The translations under genes were made by a program, and so were the position numbers. From assembly GCA_965199955.1 (NCBI GenBank), contig CBDATQ010000001.1:448001-512000 (forward strand): 64,000 nt of DNA, given 5' to 3'. Shown here in pieces: positions 20,260 to 30,161 of this stretch (positions are counted from its first letter, which is position 1; every line of letters starts with the position of its first letter). The stretch comes from Spirochaetia bacterium. Its GTDB lineage: Bacteria > Spirochaetota > Spirochaetia > SZUA-6 > Bin103. Below the pieces are notes generated by a model. That model did not search any database and was not told where the DNA came from. It worked only from the letters and a program-made list of their open reading frames with translations.

Positions 20260-21345
20260 ATGAGCCCGCCATCACCTGCCGGAGGGGCCGACGGAACGGC
20301 CGGCGCCGTGCGCTACGGCGCCGACACCCTGCGCACCTTCGCCGCCGACGTCATCCGCGCCCTGGGCGGCTACGCCGAGCACGCCGAGATCGTCGCCCGC
20401 CACCTGGTGCTGGCCAACCTGGTCGGCCACGACTCGCACGGCGTGTTCCGGCTGCCACAGTACGCGGACTTCCTGGACCGCGGCCACATCGACCCGGCGG
20501 CCCGTCCGACCGTGGAGCGCGAGACGCCGTCGACCGCCGTGATCGACGGTCACAACACCTGGGGGCACGCGGTCGCGGAGCTCGCCACGCAGATCGCCGC
20601 GGCCAAGGCGGACCGCACCGGCATGGCAGCGGTCGGCGTGCGCAATGCCTTCCACGTCGGCCGCGCCGGCGCCTACCCGGCCATGCTGGCCGAGCAGGGG
20701 CTGATCGGGCAGATCTTCTGCAGCGCCGAGGGCTCGGCCTTCATCGCTCCGTGGGGCGGCACCGAGCGGCGGCTCGCCACCAACCCGATCGCCATCGCCG
20801 TCCCCACCGGCGGCGAGCCGATCCTGGTCGACATGACCACCAGCGTGGTGGCCGAAGGCAAGGTGAAGCTGGCCCGCACCGCCGGCAAGACGCTGCCGCC
20901 GGGCTGGATCCTGGACAAGGACGGGGAGCCGAGCACCGATCCGGAGGCGCTGTACGCCGACGGCACGCTGCTGCCGCTCGGCGGAAGCGTGGCCCACAAG
21001 GGCTACGGGCTGTCGGTCATCGTCGACCTGCTCGGCAGCATCCTCAACGGGGGTGCGCCGGGCAACATGGGTCCGATCCTGCACAACCATTTCCTGCTGC
21101 AGGCGTTCGATCCGGCGACGGTCACGGACCGCACCGCGATGGAGGCGGCGCAGGAACGCTACTTCGAGTACCTGCGCTCGTCGCGGAAACGGGCCGGCGT
21201 GACGGAGATCCTGCTGCCGGGTGAGCCGGAGCAGCGTTCCATGGCCGACCGGCAGGCGAACGGCATCCCGCTCGACGCCGGGGTGATCAGCTCGCTCGAC
21301 GAGCTCTGCGCGCGGCTGTCCGTCACCCCCCTCGCGGAGCGCTAA
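20260..21345 (+). CDS. Ldh_2 family oxidoreductase (malate/L-lactate/L-sulfolactate dehydrogenase-like)
   Basis: GHDSHG, HVGR, TNPIA, DMTTS, HKGYGL, PGE. Confidence 0.9.
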   Translation: MSPPSPAGGADGTAGAVRYGADTLRTFAADVIRALGGYAEHAEIVARHLVLANLVGHDSHGVFRLPQYADFLDRGHIDPAARPTVERETPSTAVIDGHNTWGHAVAELATQIAAAKADRTGMAAVGVRNAFHVGRAGAYPAMLAEQGLIGQIFCSAEGSAFIAPWGGTERRLATNPIAIAVPTGGEPILVDMTTSVVAEGKVKLARTAGKTLPPGWILDKDGEPSTDPEALYADGTLLPLGGSVAHKGYGLSVIVDLLGSILNGGAPGNMGPILHNHFLLQAFDPATVTDRTAMEAAQERYFEYLRSSRKRAGVTEILLPGEPEQRSMADRQANGIPLDAGVISSLDELCARLSVTPLAER

Positions 21346-21400
21346 CGTGCCGACAGTTCGGGGGCATACGAAAGACCGCTGACCGCGGTAGTCACAACCT

Positions 21401-21445
21401 CAAGTCGTGATACGACAAGCCATGACTTGACAAGTCGTGACTTGA
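21401..21445. repeat. Three tandem 15-bp units with dyad symmetry (candidate operator array)
   Basis: caagtcgtgatacga / caagccatgacttga / caagtcgtgacttga. Confidence 0.7.
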
Positions 21446-21516
21446 CGAACGGGTTCGTCAGCCCAGCAGCCAACCAACCTTGACCCGCAACCGCAGGCTC
21501 CCAACCATTGGCAGCC

Positions 21517-24060
21517 ATGAACAGGCCATCTGGATCAGCTTCGCAGCCCGTCCCTGAGCGGGCCAAGGTCGCCGTGATCGGCGCCGGCATCGTCGGCAAC
21601 TGCCTGGTCGCCCACTTGGCGGAGCTGGGCTGGGAGGACCTGGTCCTGATCGACAAGGGACCGCTGCCCAACCCGGGCGGCTCCACCGGCCACGCGTCCA
21701 ACTTCATCTTCCCCACCGACCACGGCCGCGAGATCGCCATGCTGACGCTGGAGAGCCAGCGCCAGTACGAGGAGCTGGGGGTGAACACCACCTGCGGTGG
21801 GGTGGAGGTCGCGCGCACCGAGGAGCGCATGGAGGAGTTGCGCCGGCGCATGACTTCGGCGCGCTCCTGGGGCATCGAAGCGGAGCTGTTGACGCCCGAC
21901 GAGGTGGTCGCGCGCGTTCCGTACGTGGACGGCGCCGTCATCAAGGGCGGCTTCTGGATGCCGGCCGTGTCGGTGGTGGACTCGGTCAAGGCCGGCACCA
22001 TCATGCGTGAACGAGCTCTGGCAAAAGGCGTGCTGACCGTGCTGGACAGTACCGAGGTCACCGGGCTGGAGGTCGAGTCCCGCCCGTTCGGCCGGCCGCG
22101 CATCCGCACGGTGGTGACCGGCCGCGGCGCGATCGCGGTGGATCAGGTGGTGGTCGCCTGCGGCGTGTGGAGCCCGCGCGTGGCGGCCATGGCCGGCGCC
22201 AGCATCCCGCTCACGCCGGCCGTGCACCAGATGGCCGACATGGGTCCGATCGACCTGATGAAGAAGACCGGCAACGAGATCGGCTATCCGATCGTGCGCG
22301 ACATGGACGTGTTCATGTACGAGCGGCAGAGCCACGAGGCGATGGAGGTCGGATCCTACGCCCATCGCCCGATCCTGGTGCGCCCCGACGACATTCCCTC
22401 CTTGGAAGAGGCGGAGCGCTCGCCCACCGAGATGCCCTTCACGGGCGACGACTTCGCCCCGCAGCTCGGCCACGCGCGCGAGATCATGGGCGACCTCCTC
22501 GCCGGCTCCGAGATGCAGTACGCCGTGAACGGCCTGCTCTCGCTGACCCCCGACGCGCAGCAGGTGCTGGGCGAGACGGCCGAGGTCGAGGGGCTCTGGT
22601 CGGCGGCGGCGGTGTGGATCAAGGAGGGTCCGGGCACCGCGCGCCTGATCGCCGAATGGATGACCCACGGCTATCCGCGCCTGTGCGATCCGCACGGCTC
22701 GGACATCACCCGTTTCTACGCGCACGAGCGCACGGAGCGCCACATCCGCGCGCGCGCGAACGAGCATTTCAACAAGACCTACGGCATCGTCCACCCGCGC
22801 GAGCAGTGGGCGTCCGAGCGCGGCATGAACCGAGCCCCGTTCCACGACCGCACCGCCGCGCTCGGCGCCGAGCTGTACGACGCGCGCGGCTGGGAGCGCC
22901 CGCAGTGGTACGCGTCGAACGCCGACCTGGTGGAGCGCTACGGCGTGCCCGACCGCCCGCACGAGTGGGACCGGCGCTGGTGGTCGCCGATCATCAACGC
23001 CGAGCACCTGCATTTGCGCGAGAAGGTCGGGATCGTCGACTTGAGCGCGTTCCAGCTCTTCGACGTCTCCGGCCCCGGCGTGGTGCCCTACCTGGAGCGC
23101 CTGACCGTCAACAAGTGCGACCGGCCGGCGGGCAGCTCGATCTACACTCCGCTGCTCACCCCGGACGGCGGCATCCGCGCCGACCTGACCATCCAGCGGC
23201 TGGCCGCCGACCGCTTCCGGGTCGTCACCGGCGCCTTCGACGGCGCCCGCGACGAGGTGTGGTTTCGCCGCCACCTGCCGGACGACGGCTCGGTGCAGTT
23301 CGAGAACCGGTCCTCGGCGCTGTGCACGATCGGCGTGTGGGGGCCGGAGGCGTGCGCGCTGCTCGCCGGCATCACCGACACCGGCCTGTCGCAGGCGCAG
23401 TTCCCGTACGGGACGCTGCGGGAGGCGATCATCGACGGCGTGCCCGTGACCATGCTGCGCATCTCCTACGTGGGCGAGGGCGGCTTCGAGATCACCACGG
23501 CCATGCCGCACGGCGTGCGCCTGTGGGACGCGCTGTGGGAGGCGGGCCGCCCGCTCGGCGCCCGTCCGGTGGGCATCGGCGTCTACGGGACCACCGGCCG
23601 CATGGAGAAGGGCTACCTGCTGATGGGCTCCGACCTCACCGCCGAGTACTCGCCGGCGGAGGCCGGCCTGGCCCGCCCGCGCGTGAAGCGCGACGACTTC
23701 ATCGGCAAGGCGGCCTACCTGAAGGCGAGAGCCGACGGCCCGCTGGCGACGATGTGCGCGCTGACCATGGACGACCACACCGGCGCGGCCGGCATCGACC
23801 GCTTCCCGACCGGCGGCAACGAGCCGATCCTGACACTGGACGGAGAGCGCATCGCCGACGCGCACGGCCGCGAGTCGCGCGTGACCTCGGGCGGCATGGG
23901 ACCGTCGGTGGGCACGTACCTGCTGTTCGCCTACTTGCCGGTTGAGCACGCGGCGGCCGGAACCCGCCTGCAGGTGCTGTACATGAACGAGCCCTTCCCC
24001 GTGACCGTCGCCCCCGGCCTGGCCCTGTTCGATCCGGCCGATACGCGCATGAAGGCATGA
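21517..24060 (+). CDS. FAD-dependent dimethylglycine/sarcosine oxidase-dehydrogenase family protein (DAO + GcvT domains)
   Basis: GAGIVG, GGSTGH, GWERP, RISYVGE, RMEKGY. Confidence 0.9.
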   Translation: MNRPSGSASQPVPERAKVAVIGAGIVGNCLVAHLAELGWEDLVLIDKGPLPNPGGSTGHASNFIFPTDHGREIAMLTLESQRQYEELGVNTTCGGVEVARTEERMEELRRRMTSARSWGIEAELLTPDEVVARVPYVDGAVIKGGFWMPAVSVVDSVKAGTIMRERALAKGVLTVLDSTEVTGLEVESRPFGRPRIRTVVTGRGAIAVDQVVVACGVWSPRVAAMAGASIPLTPAVHQMADMGPIDLMKKTGNEIGYPIVRDMDVFMYERQSHEAMEVGSYAHRPILVRPDDIPSLEEAERSPTEMPFTGDDFAPQLGHAREIMGDLLAGSEMQYAVNGLLSLTPDAQQVLGETAEVEGLWSAAAVWIKEGPGTARLIAEWMTHGYPRLCDPHGSDITRFYAHERTERHIRARANEHFNKTYGIVHPREQWASERGMNRAPFHDRTAALGAELYDARGWERPQWYASNADLVERYGVPDRPHEWDRRWWSPIINAEHLHLREKVGIVDLSAFQLFDVSGPGVVPYLERLTVNKCDRPAGSSIYTPLLTPDGGIRADLTIQRLAADRFRVVTGAFDGARDEVWFRRHLPDDGSVQFENRSSALCTIGVWGPEACALLAGITDTGLSQAQFPYGTLREAIIDGVPVTMLRISYVGEGGFEITTAMPHGVRLWDALWEAGRPLGARPVGIGVYGTTGRMEKGYLLMGSDLTAEYSPAEAGLARPRVKRDDFIGKAAYLKARADGPLATMCALTMDDHTGAAGIDRFPTGGNEPILTLDGERIADAHGRESRVTSGGMGPSVGTYLLFAYLPVEHAAAGTRLQVLYMNEPFPVTVAPGLALFDPADTRMKA

Positions 24061-24182
24061 GGGCCCGGCCGCGCCGCCGGCGGTAGCCCGTTGCGCCCCA
24101 GTCCATCGTGTGCCGGCTGGACGCCTGGGATCTGGCTCCGGCCCATCCCTGACGTGCGCCGGCGCGGACTGGCGCGACGCTC

Positions 24183-25298
24183 TCAGATGCGGCCGGTGCG
24201 GCGCAGCAGCCGCAGGTGGTTGCGCACGTTGTCGTGCTCGAAGTAGGCGTCCTGCAGGTGGCGCATGCCCGTGGAGCGGAGCTCCGTGCGGCCGTGCAGG
24301 ACGCGGTGGCTGGCCATCACCATGACGTGGCCGTCCTCAAGGCGGCAGGAAGCCCGGACGCCGGGGTCGTTCATGCGCGTCGACAGCTCGTGGTAGGCGG
24401 CGTAGAAGTCGTTCAGCCGCGGCTCTGACAGCGGAATGGGCTGCATCTGCTGCGTGTTGAAGCGCACCAGCCGGACGTTGCCGCCGGCGTCCAGGTCGAT
24501 CACGGGATTGACCGCGTAGCTCTCGTCATCGTCGCTGAACAGGCGGAACGGCACCGGAACTGCGCAGAGCGCGTCGAACTTCTCCGGGTGGTCGCGGCGC
24601 AACCCGCTCACCACGCCGAACGCGTCCACGATCGAGGAGTCGCCGCCCTCGCACTCGTTCACCAGCATGTGCAGGAGCTGCACGCTCGGCGGCCAGTTGT
24701 AGCTGGTGAAGTCGTTGTGCGGGGCGAGCGCCAGCTTCGTGTGCGCGATGCTGTAGCCGGCCGGATTGACCACGACGTTGTGGATACGGTCGAACACCAC
24801 CTCGCGGATCGGCCCCAGGCGGGCGGCGAGCTGCTCCGATGAGTCCGGCTCGGTGGGGGCGTCGACCAGCACGCACGCGCCGGTCTCCAGGAAGTCCTCG
24901 ATCAGGTCCGCGGCGGTGCGGTCGTGGTCCAGGAATCGCCGGTAGTCGAATTGCCGCGGCCGGAAGCGGCCATCCCAGTAGCGCAGGCGGGTGGGAGGCA
25001 ACTCGATGAGGTCGTGGATCTCGCTCGACCGGTAGCGCGTCCGGTGTCCGTCCGGCCATGCGATGGCGATCGCCTCGTCCTCGCGGCCGGACCGCTCGAT
25101 GGTGACCTGCTGCGGACGCAGGTCCGAGGCGACCCGGAAGAGGTGGAACCGCTTCTCCGTGGTCTGCTCGACCCGGCACTCGCTGCAGCCGCAGTTGTCG
25201 CGCAGCCACAGGTAGGGAAGATCGGTCTGCGCGCCATCCTGCCAGACCGCGGCCAAGGCTTCGCCGTTCTCGGCGATGTTGCTGATCGAGTGATGCAT
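24183..25298 (-). CDS. Gamma-butyrobetaine hydroxylase-like Fe(II)/2OG dioxygenase (TauD/BBOX family)
   Basis: N-terminal WLRDNCGCSEC and WPDGH; HND and RVLHGR motifs. Confidence 0.9.
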   Translation of the reverse strand: MHHSISNIAENGEALAAVWQDGAQTDLPYLWLRDNCGCSECRVEQTTEKRFHLFRVASDLRPQQVTIERSGREDEAIAIAWPDGHRTRYRSSEIHDLIELPPTRLRYWDGRFRPRQFDYRRFLDHDRTAADLIEDFLETGACVLVDAPTEPDSSEQLAARLGPIREVVFDRIHNVVVNPAGYSIAHTKLALAPHNDFTSYNWPPSVQLLHMLVNECEGGDSSIVDAFGVVSGLRRDHPEKFDALCAVPVPFRLFSDDDESYAVNPVIDLDAGGNVRLVRFNTQQMQPIPLSEPRLNDFYAAYHELSTRMNDPGVRASCRLEDGHVMVMASHRVLHGRTELRSTGMRHLQDAYFEHDNVRNHLRLLRRTGRI

Positions 25299-25479
25299 GG
25301 CGGACCCTCAATCGGTGATGACCGGCCCGGAACCCGGGCACGCGAACGCTACCGCGTATCAAGGGGTGCCGTTTCGGCCCGTGTCAAGCTTTTTTTGACG
25401 AAAATCAGATCGCTGCGCCGGGGCTGTTGACCGGGGTATCGGTCCCGCATACACCATGTGCATCGGGAGAGGTACAGGC

Positions 25480-26076
25480 ATGCATACGACGACGACGCCC
25501 GATGCGCCCACGGTGAGCTTCGCCCACATGGCGGACGGCACCTGCGAGGACTACGAGCTGCTCGCGCGGTTCGAGGACGAGTTCGCCGCCGGCACCGCGG
25601 ATCGCATGCTGGGGCAGCTCCGTGCGCTGTCCGGATCGCTGGCCGGCTACCAGGTGGACCGGCTGGAGCACTCGCTGCAGACCGCGACGCGCGCCTACCG
25701 CGACGGCGCGGAAGAGGAGATGGTGGTGGCGGCCCTGCTGCACGACATCGACGACCTGCTGGCCCCGCACAGCCACGGGGAGCTTTCCGCCCTCATCCTG
25801 CGCCCCTACGTGACCGAGCGGACGTACTGGATCGTCCGGCATCACGGGCTGTTCCAGCTCGTCTACTACGGCCACTTCCGCGGCTGGGACCCGAACGCGC
25901 GCGACAAGTACCGCGACCACCCGTGGTACCAGGACGCGGTGGACTTCTGCCACCGCTGGGACCAGTGCGCATTCGACCCCGACTACGAATCGCTGCCGCT
26001 GGAATTCTTCGAACCGATGGTGCGCCGCGTGTTCGCGCGCGAGCCGTTCAGCCTTGCCCCCAGGGAGCACTCATGA
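25480..26076 (+). CDS. HD-domain protein (putative diiron oxygenase or hydrolase)
   Basis: LEHSLQTATRA, ALLHD, HHG, WDQCAFDP. Confidence 0.85.
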   Translation: MHTTTTPDAPTVSFAHMADGTCEDYELLARFEDEFAAGTADRMLGQLRALSGSLAGYQVDRLEHSLQTATRAYRDGAEEEMVVAALLHDIDDLLAPHSHGELSALILRPYVTERTYWIVRHHGLFQLVYYGHFRGWDPNARDKYRDHPWYQDAVDFCHRWDQCAFDPDYESLPLEFFEPMVRRVFAREPFSLAPREHS

Positions 26077-27370
26077 CCACGCAACCACAGAGCGTCGACC
26101 AGTCCGACCGCGTCGTCCCGATCAACCTGCGCCAGAGCGGCCGCACCCCGACCGAGTTGCTCATCTCCACCCGCGTGCGCAAGTCGCCCTACTGGCACCT
26201 GTCGCACGCGGCGGGCTGCTGGCGCGCCACGGTCTACAATCGCATCTACCACCCGCGCGGCTACGTGCGGCCGGAGGCGCGGCGGCCGAGCACGAGGCGC
26301 TGACCAATCACGTCACGCTGTGGAACGTCGCGGTCGAGCGCCAGATCCGCGTCAAGGGGCCGGACGCGGAGCGGTTCACGGACTACGTCATCACCCGCAA
26401 CGCGAAGCGCATCAAGCCCATGCACGCCAAGTACGTCATCCTCTGCAACGAACGGGGCGGCATCCTCAACGACCCGGTGCTGCTGCGCCTGTCGGAAGAC
26501 GAGTTCTGGTTCTCGCTCGCCGACTCAGACCTTCTGTACTGGCTGCAGGGGGTCAACGTCGGCATGCGCATGGACGTCGAGATCGACGAGATCGACGCCT
26601 GCCCGGTGCAGATCCAGGGGCCGAAGTCGGAGTCGCTGATGGCCGACCTTGTGGGCGAGGGGATCCGCGACATTCCCTATTACGGGGTCATGGAGGCGGA
26701 AATCGCCGGCTGTGATGTCGTCATCTCCCAGTCCGGATTCTCGGGCGAGAAGGGATACGAGATCTACCTGCGCGCCGCCACGCTGCACGCCGAGAAGCTC
26801 TGGAACGCGGTGCTGGAAGCGGGCAAGGCGCACCAACTCATGGTCATAGCCCCCGGCCACCAGCGCCGTATCCAGGCCGGCATCATGTCCTGGGGCCAGG
26901 ACATCGACCACGAGACGCTGCCGTTCCAGTGCGACCTGGCCTACCAGGTGCCCCGCAAGAAGAAGGCCGACTACATCGGCAAGGCGGCGCTGGAGCGCGT
27001 CCGCGAGCAGATCGACGCCGGGAAGCCGCCGTTCAAGATGACGATGGCCGGCATGACCATGGGCGGCAAGCCCATCGACGACTACGCGCCCGATTTCTGG
27101 CTGCTGTCCGATGCCGACGCGGGCGATCCGATCGGCTTCCTGACGTCGCCGTGGCACGCGCCGGAGCTGGGCTGCAACATCGGGATGGGGTGGGTGCCGG
27201 TCGGCCGGTCGGCCATCGGCACCGAGCTCACCGTGTGGCTGCCGGACGAGTACGCCAGCGAGCCGGGAAAGCCCGACCGCGCGCAGGTGTGCGAGGTGCC
27301 GTTCCGCCCGTCGGTCAATCCCTCTGCGCGCGAGATCGCGCACGCCCGCGGCGAGGACTCCACGATCTGA
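26073..27370 (+). pseudogene. GcvT/DmdA-like THF-dependent demethylase (aminomethyltransferase family), frameshifted at ~26275
   Basis: The N-terminal frame MTTQPQ...YHPRGYVRPE continues in another frame as AAAEHEALTNHVTLWNVAVER...SGFSGEKGYEI. Confidence 0.8.
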
Positions 27371-27392
27371 GCGGCTGGCCGGCGCTACGAGC

Positions 27393-28208
27393 GTGACTGC
27401 CGGGATCGCGGACGGCGAGCCGCCTCTGGACCGGGAGCGACTGTTCCGCGGCGAGATCCTGGCGTTCCGGCGGATGCCGTCCATGGCGGCCCTGGCGGAG
27501 CGGGCGCGGGTGATGGCCTGCGCGGCGTTCGCGCCGCATGCCCCGCCGGACGCTCAGGCGTCGCTCGATCGCGCGGAGTTCCTGGCGCGGGCGGGCGACC
27601 TCCGGCGCTCCTTCATGCGGGACGGAGAGGTGCGCGCGGCGTTTCGGGCGGTGATCGAGGCGCTGGGGCTCGACCCCGCCTCCACCTGCTCCGACCGTCT
27701 CATCCTGCGCCTGCAGCCGGGCGGCGACACGCACCGCGGCCGGCGCGTGCGGGATCTGCCCGCGCACCGCGACACCTGGGGCTCCAACGTCATGGCGCAG
27801 ATCAACCTGTGGGGGCCGGTGTTCCCGGTGGAGGCGGGCGCCACCATGGTGATCTGGCCGGCGCTGTTCGAACGGCAGGTGCCGAACACCAGCGCCGAAT
27901 GGGACCTGGAACGGCTGCGCGAGTCGCCCGGGCGCTACCCGCTGCTGCCCGAGTGCCGGGCGCCGCTCGATGACGCCGAGGGAGTCCCGGTCCTGATCGA
28001 GCCCGGCGACCTGCTGTGCTTCTCCGGGGCGCACCTGCACGCCAGCCGTCGCAACCGGACGGGCCGGACGCGCGTGAGCATCGACAGCCGCATCGTCGAC
28101 CGCGGCGACGTGCGCGCCGGGCGCGGGGCGCCGAACGTCGATGGCCGCGCTCCGCGGGTCGCCCCGGAGTGGTTCCGCGGCGTCGCGGACGGCCGGCCGC
28201 TGGCGTGA
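27393..28208 (+). CDS. Putative Fe(II)/2OG oxygenase-fold protein
   Basis: HRD...INLW...PGDLLCFSGAHLHAS...RVSID. Confidence 0.65.
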   Translation: MTAGIADGEPPLDRERLFRGEILAFRRMPSMAALAERARVMACAAFAPHAPPDAQASLDRAEFLARAGDLRRSFMRDGEVRAAFRAVIEALGLDPASTCSDRLILRLQPGGDTHRGRRVRDLPAHRDTWGSNVMAQINLWGPVFPVEAGATMVIWPALFERQVPNTSAEWDLERLRESPGRYPLLPECRAPLDDAEGVPVLIEPGDLLCFSGAHLHASRRNRTGRTRVSIDSRIVDRGDVRAGRGAPNVDGRAPRVAPEWFRGVADGRPLA

Positions 28209-28269
28209 GGGTGACGGGCAACGCCGGTTCGGGCGACGATCGCGGCGCCACGGGCGCAGGAGGAGAGCC

Positions 28270-29322
28270 ATGACCAGCTATCAGATCGTCGAGTGGGGCG
28301 CGCCGCTCGCCGAGAACCACTACGAGACGCCGGAGCCCACGGGGACCGAGGTGTTGCTGCGCGTGACCTCCTGCGGCGTCTGCCACAGCGACCTGCACAT
28401 CCGCGCCGGCTACTTCGACATGGGCCATGGCAACCAGCGCCGGCTGGAGAACGTCGGCGTCAAGCTGCCGCTGACGCTCGGGCACGAACCGGTCGGCGAG
28501 GTGGCCGCCCTGGGCCCCGACGCCACCGGCGTGTCGGTCGGCGACAAGCGCGTGTGCTGGCCATGGGTGGGCTGTCGGAGCTGCGCCGCCTGCGGGCGCG
28601 AGGAGGACATCTTCTGCGAGGCCGGCCGCTACCTGGGCGCCCGCGTGGACGGCGGCTACAGCGACTACATGCTGGTCCCTCATCCGCGCTACCTGCTGCC
28701 CTACGACGGAGTGGAGGAGGCGGTGGCCGCCACCTATGCGTGCGCGGGCATCACCGCCTACGCGGCGCTGAAGCGGGCCGTCGGCGGCTTGACGCGTGAC
28801 GATACGCTGCTGCTGGTGGGGGCGGGCGGCCTGGGGACCAGCGGCCTGCGCGTGGTGCCCGCCATGACCGAGGCCAGGGTCGTCGTAGCCGACACCGATC
28901 CGGCCAAGCGCGAGCTGGCCGAACGGCTCGGCGCGGCACAGACCATCGACAACGGTGACCCCGATGCCGCCGCACGGCTGAAGGAGCAGACCGGCGGCGT
29001 GGCCGCGTCGGTGGACTACGTCGGCATGCCGCAGACCACCCTGTTCGCGATCGACACGCTGCGCCGCGGCTGCACGCACGTGGTCGTCGGCCTGTACGGC
29101 GGCGCGCTGGACATGCCGATGCCCAACCTGATCTACAAGCTGCTGAACCTGCGCGGCTCGCATGTCGGGACCCCGCAGGACCTCGCCGAGTTGCTCGAGC
29201 TGCGCCGTTCCGGCCGCATCGAACCCCCGCCGATCGCCGAGCGGCCCCTCAGCGAGGTCAACGACGTCCTCACGGAGCTCACCGAAGGCAAGATCGAAGG
29301 CCGGATAGTCCTGCGCCCGTAG
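28270..29322 (+). CDS. Zinc-dependent alcohol dehydrogenase
   Basis: GVCHSD, GHE, CxxCxxC-x7-C, GAGGLG. Confidence 0.92.
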   Translation: MTSYQIVEWGAPLAENHYETPEPTGTEVLLRVTSCGVCHSDLHIRAGYFDMGHGNQRRLENVGVKLPLTLGHEPVGEVAALGPDATGVSVGDKRVCWPWVGCRSCAACGREEDIFCEAGRYLGARVDGGYSDYMLVPHPRYLLPYDGVEEAVAATYACAGITAYAALKRAVGGLTRDDTLLLVGAGGLGTSGLRVVPAMTEARVVVADTDPAKRELAERLGAAQTIDNGDPDAAARLKEQTGGVAASVDYVGMPQTTLFAIDTLRRGCTHVVVGLYGGALDMPMPNLIYKLLNLRGSHVGTPQDLAELLELRRSGRIEPPPIAERPLSEVNDVLTELTEGKIEGRIVLRP

Positions 29323-29326
29323 TCAC

Positions 29327-29461
29327 TATGTCACCGACGGCGACGGGATTCGCGTATCCGGGCAGGAAGTACGGTTCGCCGGTGTCGACGCGCCCGAGTG
29401 GGATCAGCGGGCCAAGCACCAGGACGGCTACTGGTTCGCACATGGGAGGCGTGTAAAGAGC
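29327..29461 (+). pseudogene. Thermonuclease (SNase-like) gene fragment
   Basis: Reads YVTDGDGIRVSGQEVRFAGVDAPEWDQ...; no start codon, and similarity is lost after ~45 codons. Confidence 0.7.
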
Positions 29462-29523
29462 GTCGAGTTGAACCGGGGTCTGCGCCTGGCGGGAATCGGA
29501 CGCCAGCCGCAACCAGGCGCCGA

Positions 29524-29928
29524 TCAAGGAGCGTCCGCCGCCTCCACGATCGTCGCCAGCGCTGCGTCCAGACGATCCACGATTTGATCGACCGCCGCGT
29601 CAACCACCACATCCGACGCCCCGTCAACAACAGCCTGGAGCGCCGACTCCGTGGCCGTCTCGACAACCGACGAAATCGCGGTCTCCAGCACCGAGTTCAC
29701 CGCGGCCTCCGCCATCGAAGTCGAGCCGATCGCCACGATCCCCGCCACCACGCAGAGCGCCCCGCCCAGGATCGACAGCCCGTACCCGTTGACCTTGCGC
29801 GTCAGGGCGAGCAGCAGACCAACCCCCGACAGCAGGAGACCGATGACCGCCGTGGGGATCGCGACCAGCCCCAGGAACGGCACCCATGAGATGGAGAGAC
29901 CCACGGCGCCCAGGACGACCGCCACCAC
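29524..29928 (-). CDS. Small membrane protein with several TM helices; start uncertain
   Basis: Hydrophobic helices followed by an acidic tail. Confidence 0.55.
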   Translation of the reverse strand: MVAVVLGAVGLSISWVPFLGLVAIPTAVIGLLLSGVGLLLALTRKVNGYGLSILGGALCVVAGIVAIGSTSMAEAAVNSVLETAISSVVETATESALQAVVDGASDVVVDAAVDQIVDRLDAALATIVEAADAP

Positions 29929-30161
29929 CCCGAGGGAGAAGGCAACGAGACCGACTTCCGATCGGCCTTCAGGTGAGAGTTCCGGGAAGTTCAGTTTCGC
30001 TCCGACGGGCTAGCCGGTTGGCTCTTCGTCTTCCTTCCCATCTCTGCCCTGATCCGACTGTACATCAGGGGTGATGCGAGCGCACTCCGTCTGAGCCGCT
30101 CACCCCGGCATGCCCGCCGAATTGACAGGGGTATCGGCGGCCCCTAGCGTCGTGACCTGAC

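Noticed and set aside
21401..21445. Mini CRISPR array
   Set aside because: Units are contiguous 15-mers with no spacers, and no cas genes are present.
25480..26076. Naming the HD gene tmpB or phnZ
   Set aside because: Its motifs differ from my recollection of those subfamilies, so it cannot be assigned without a search.
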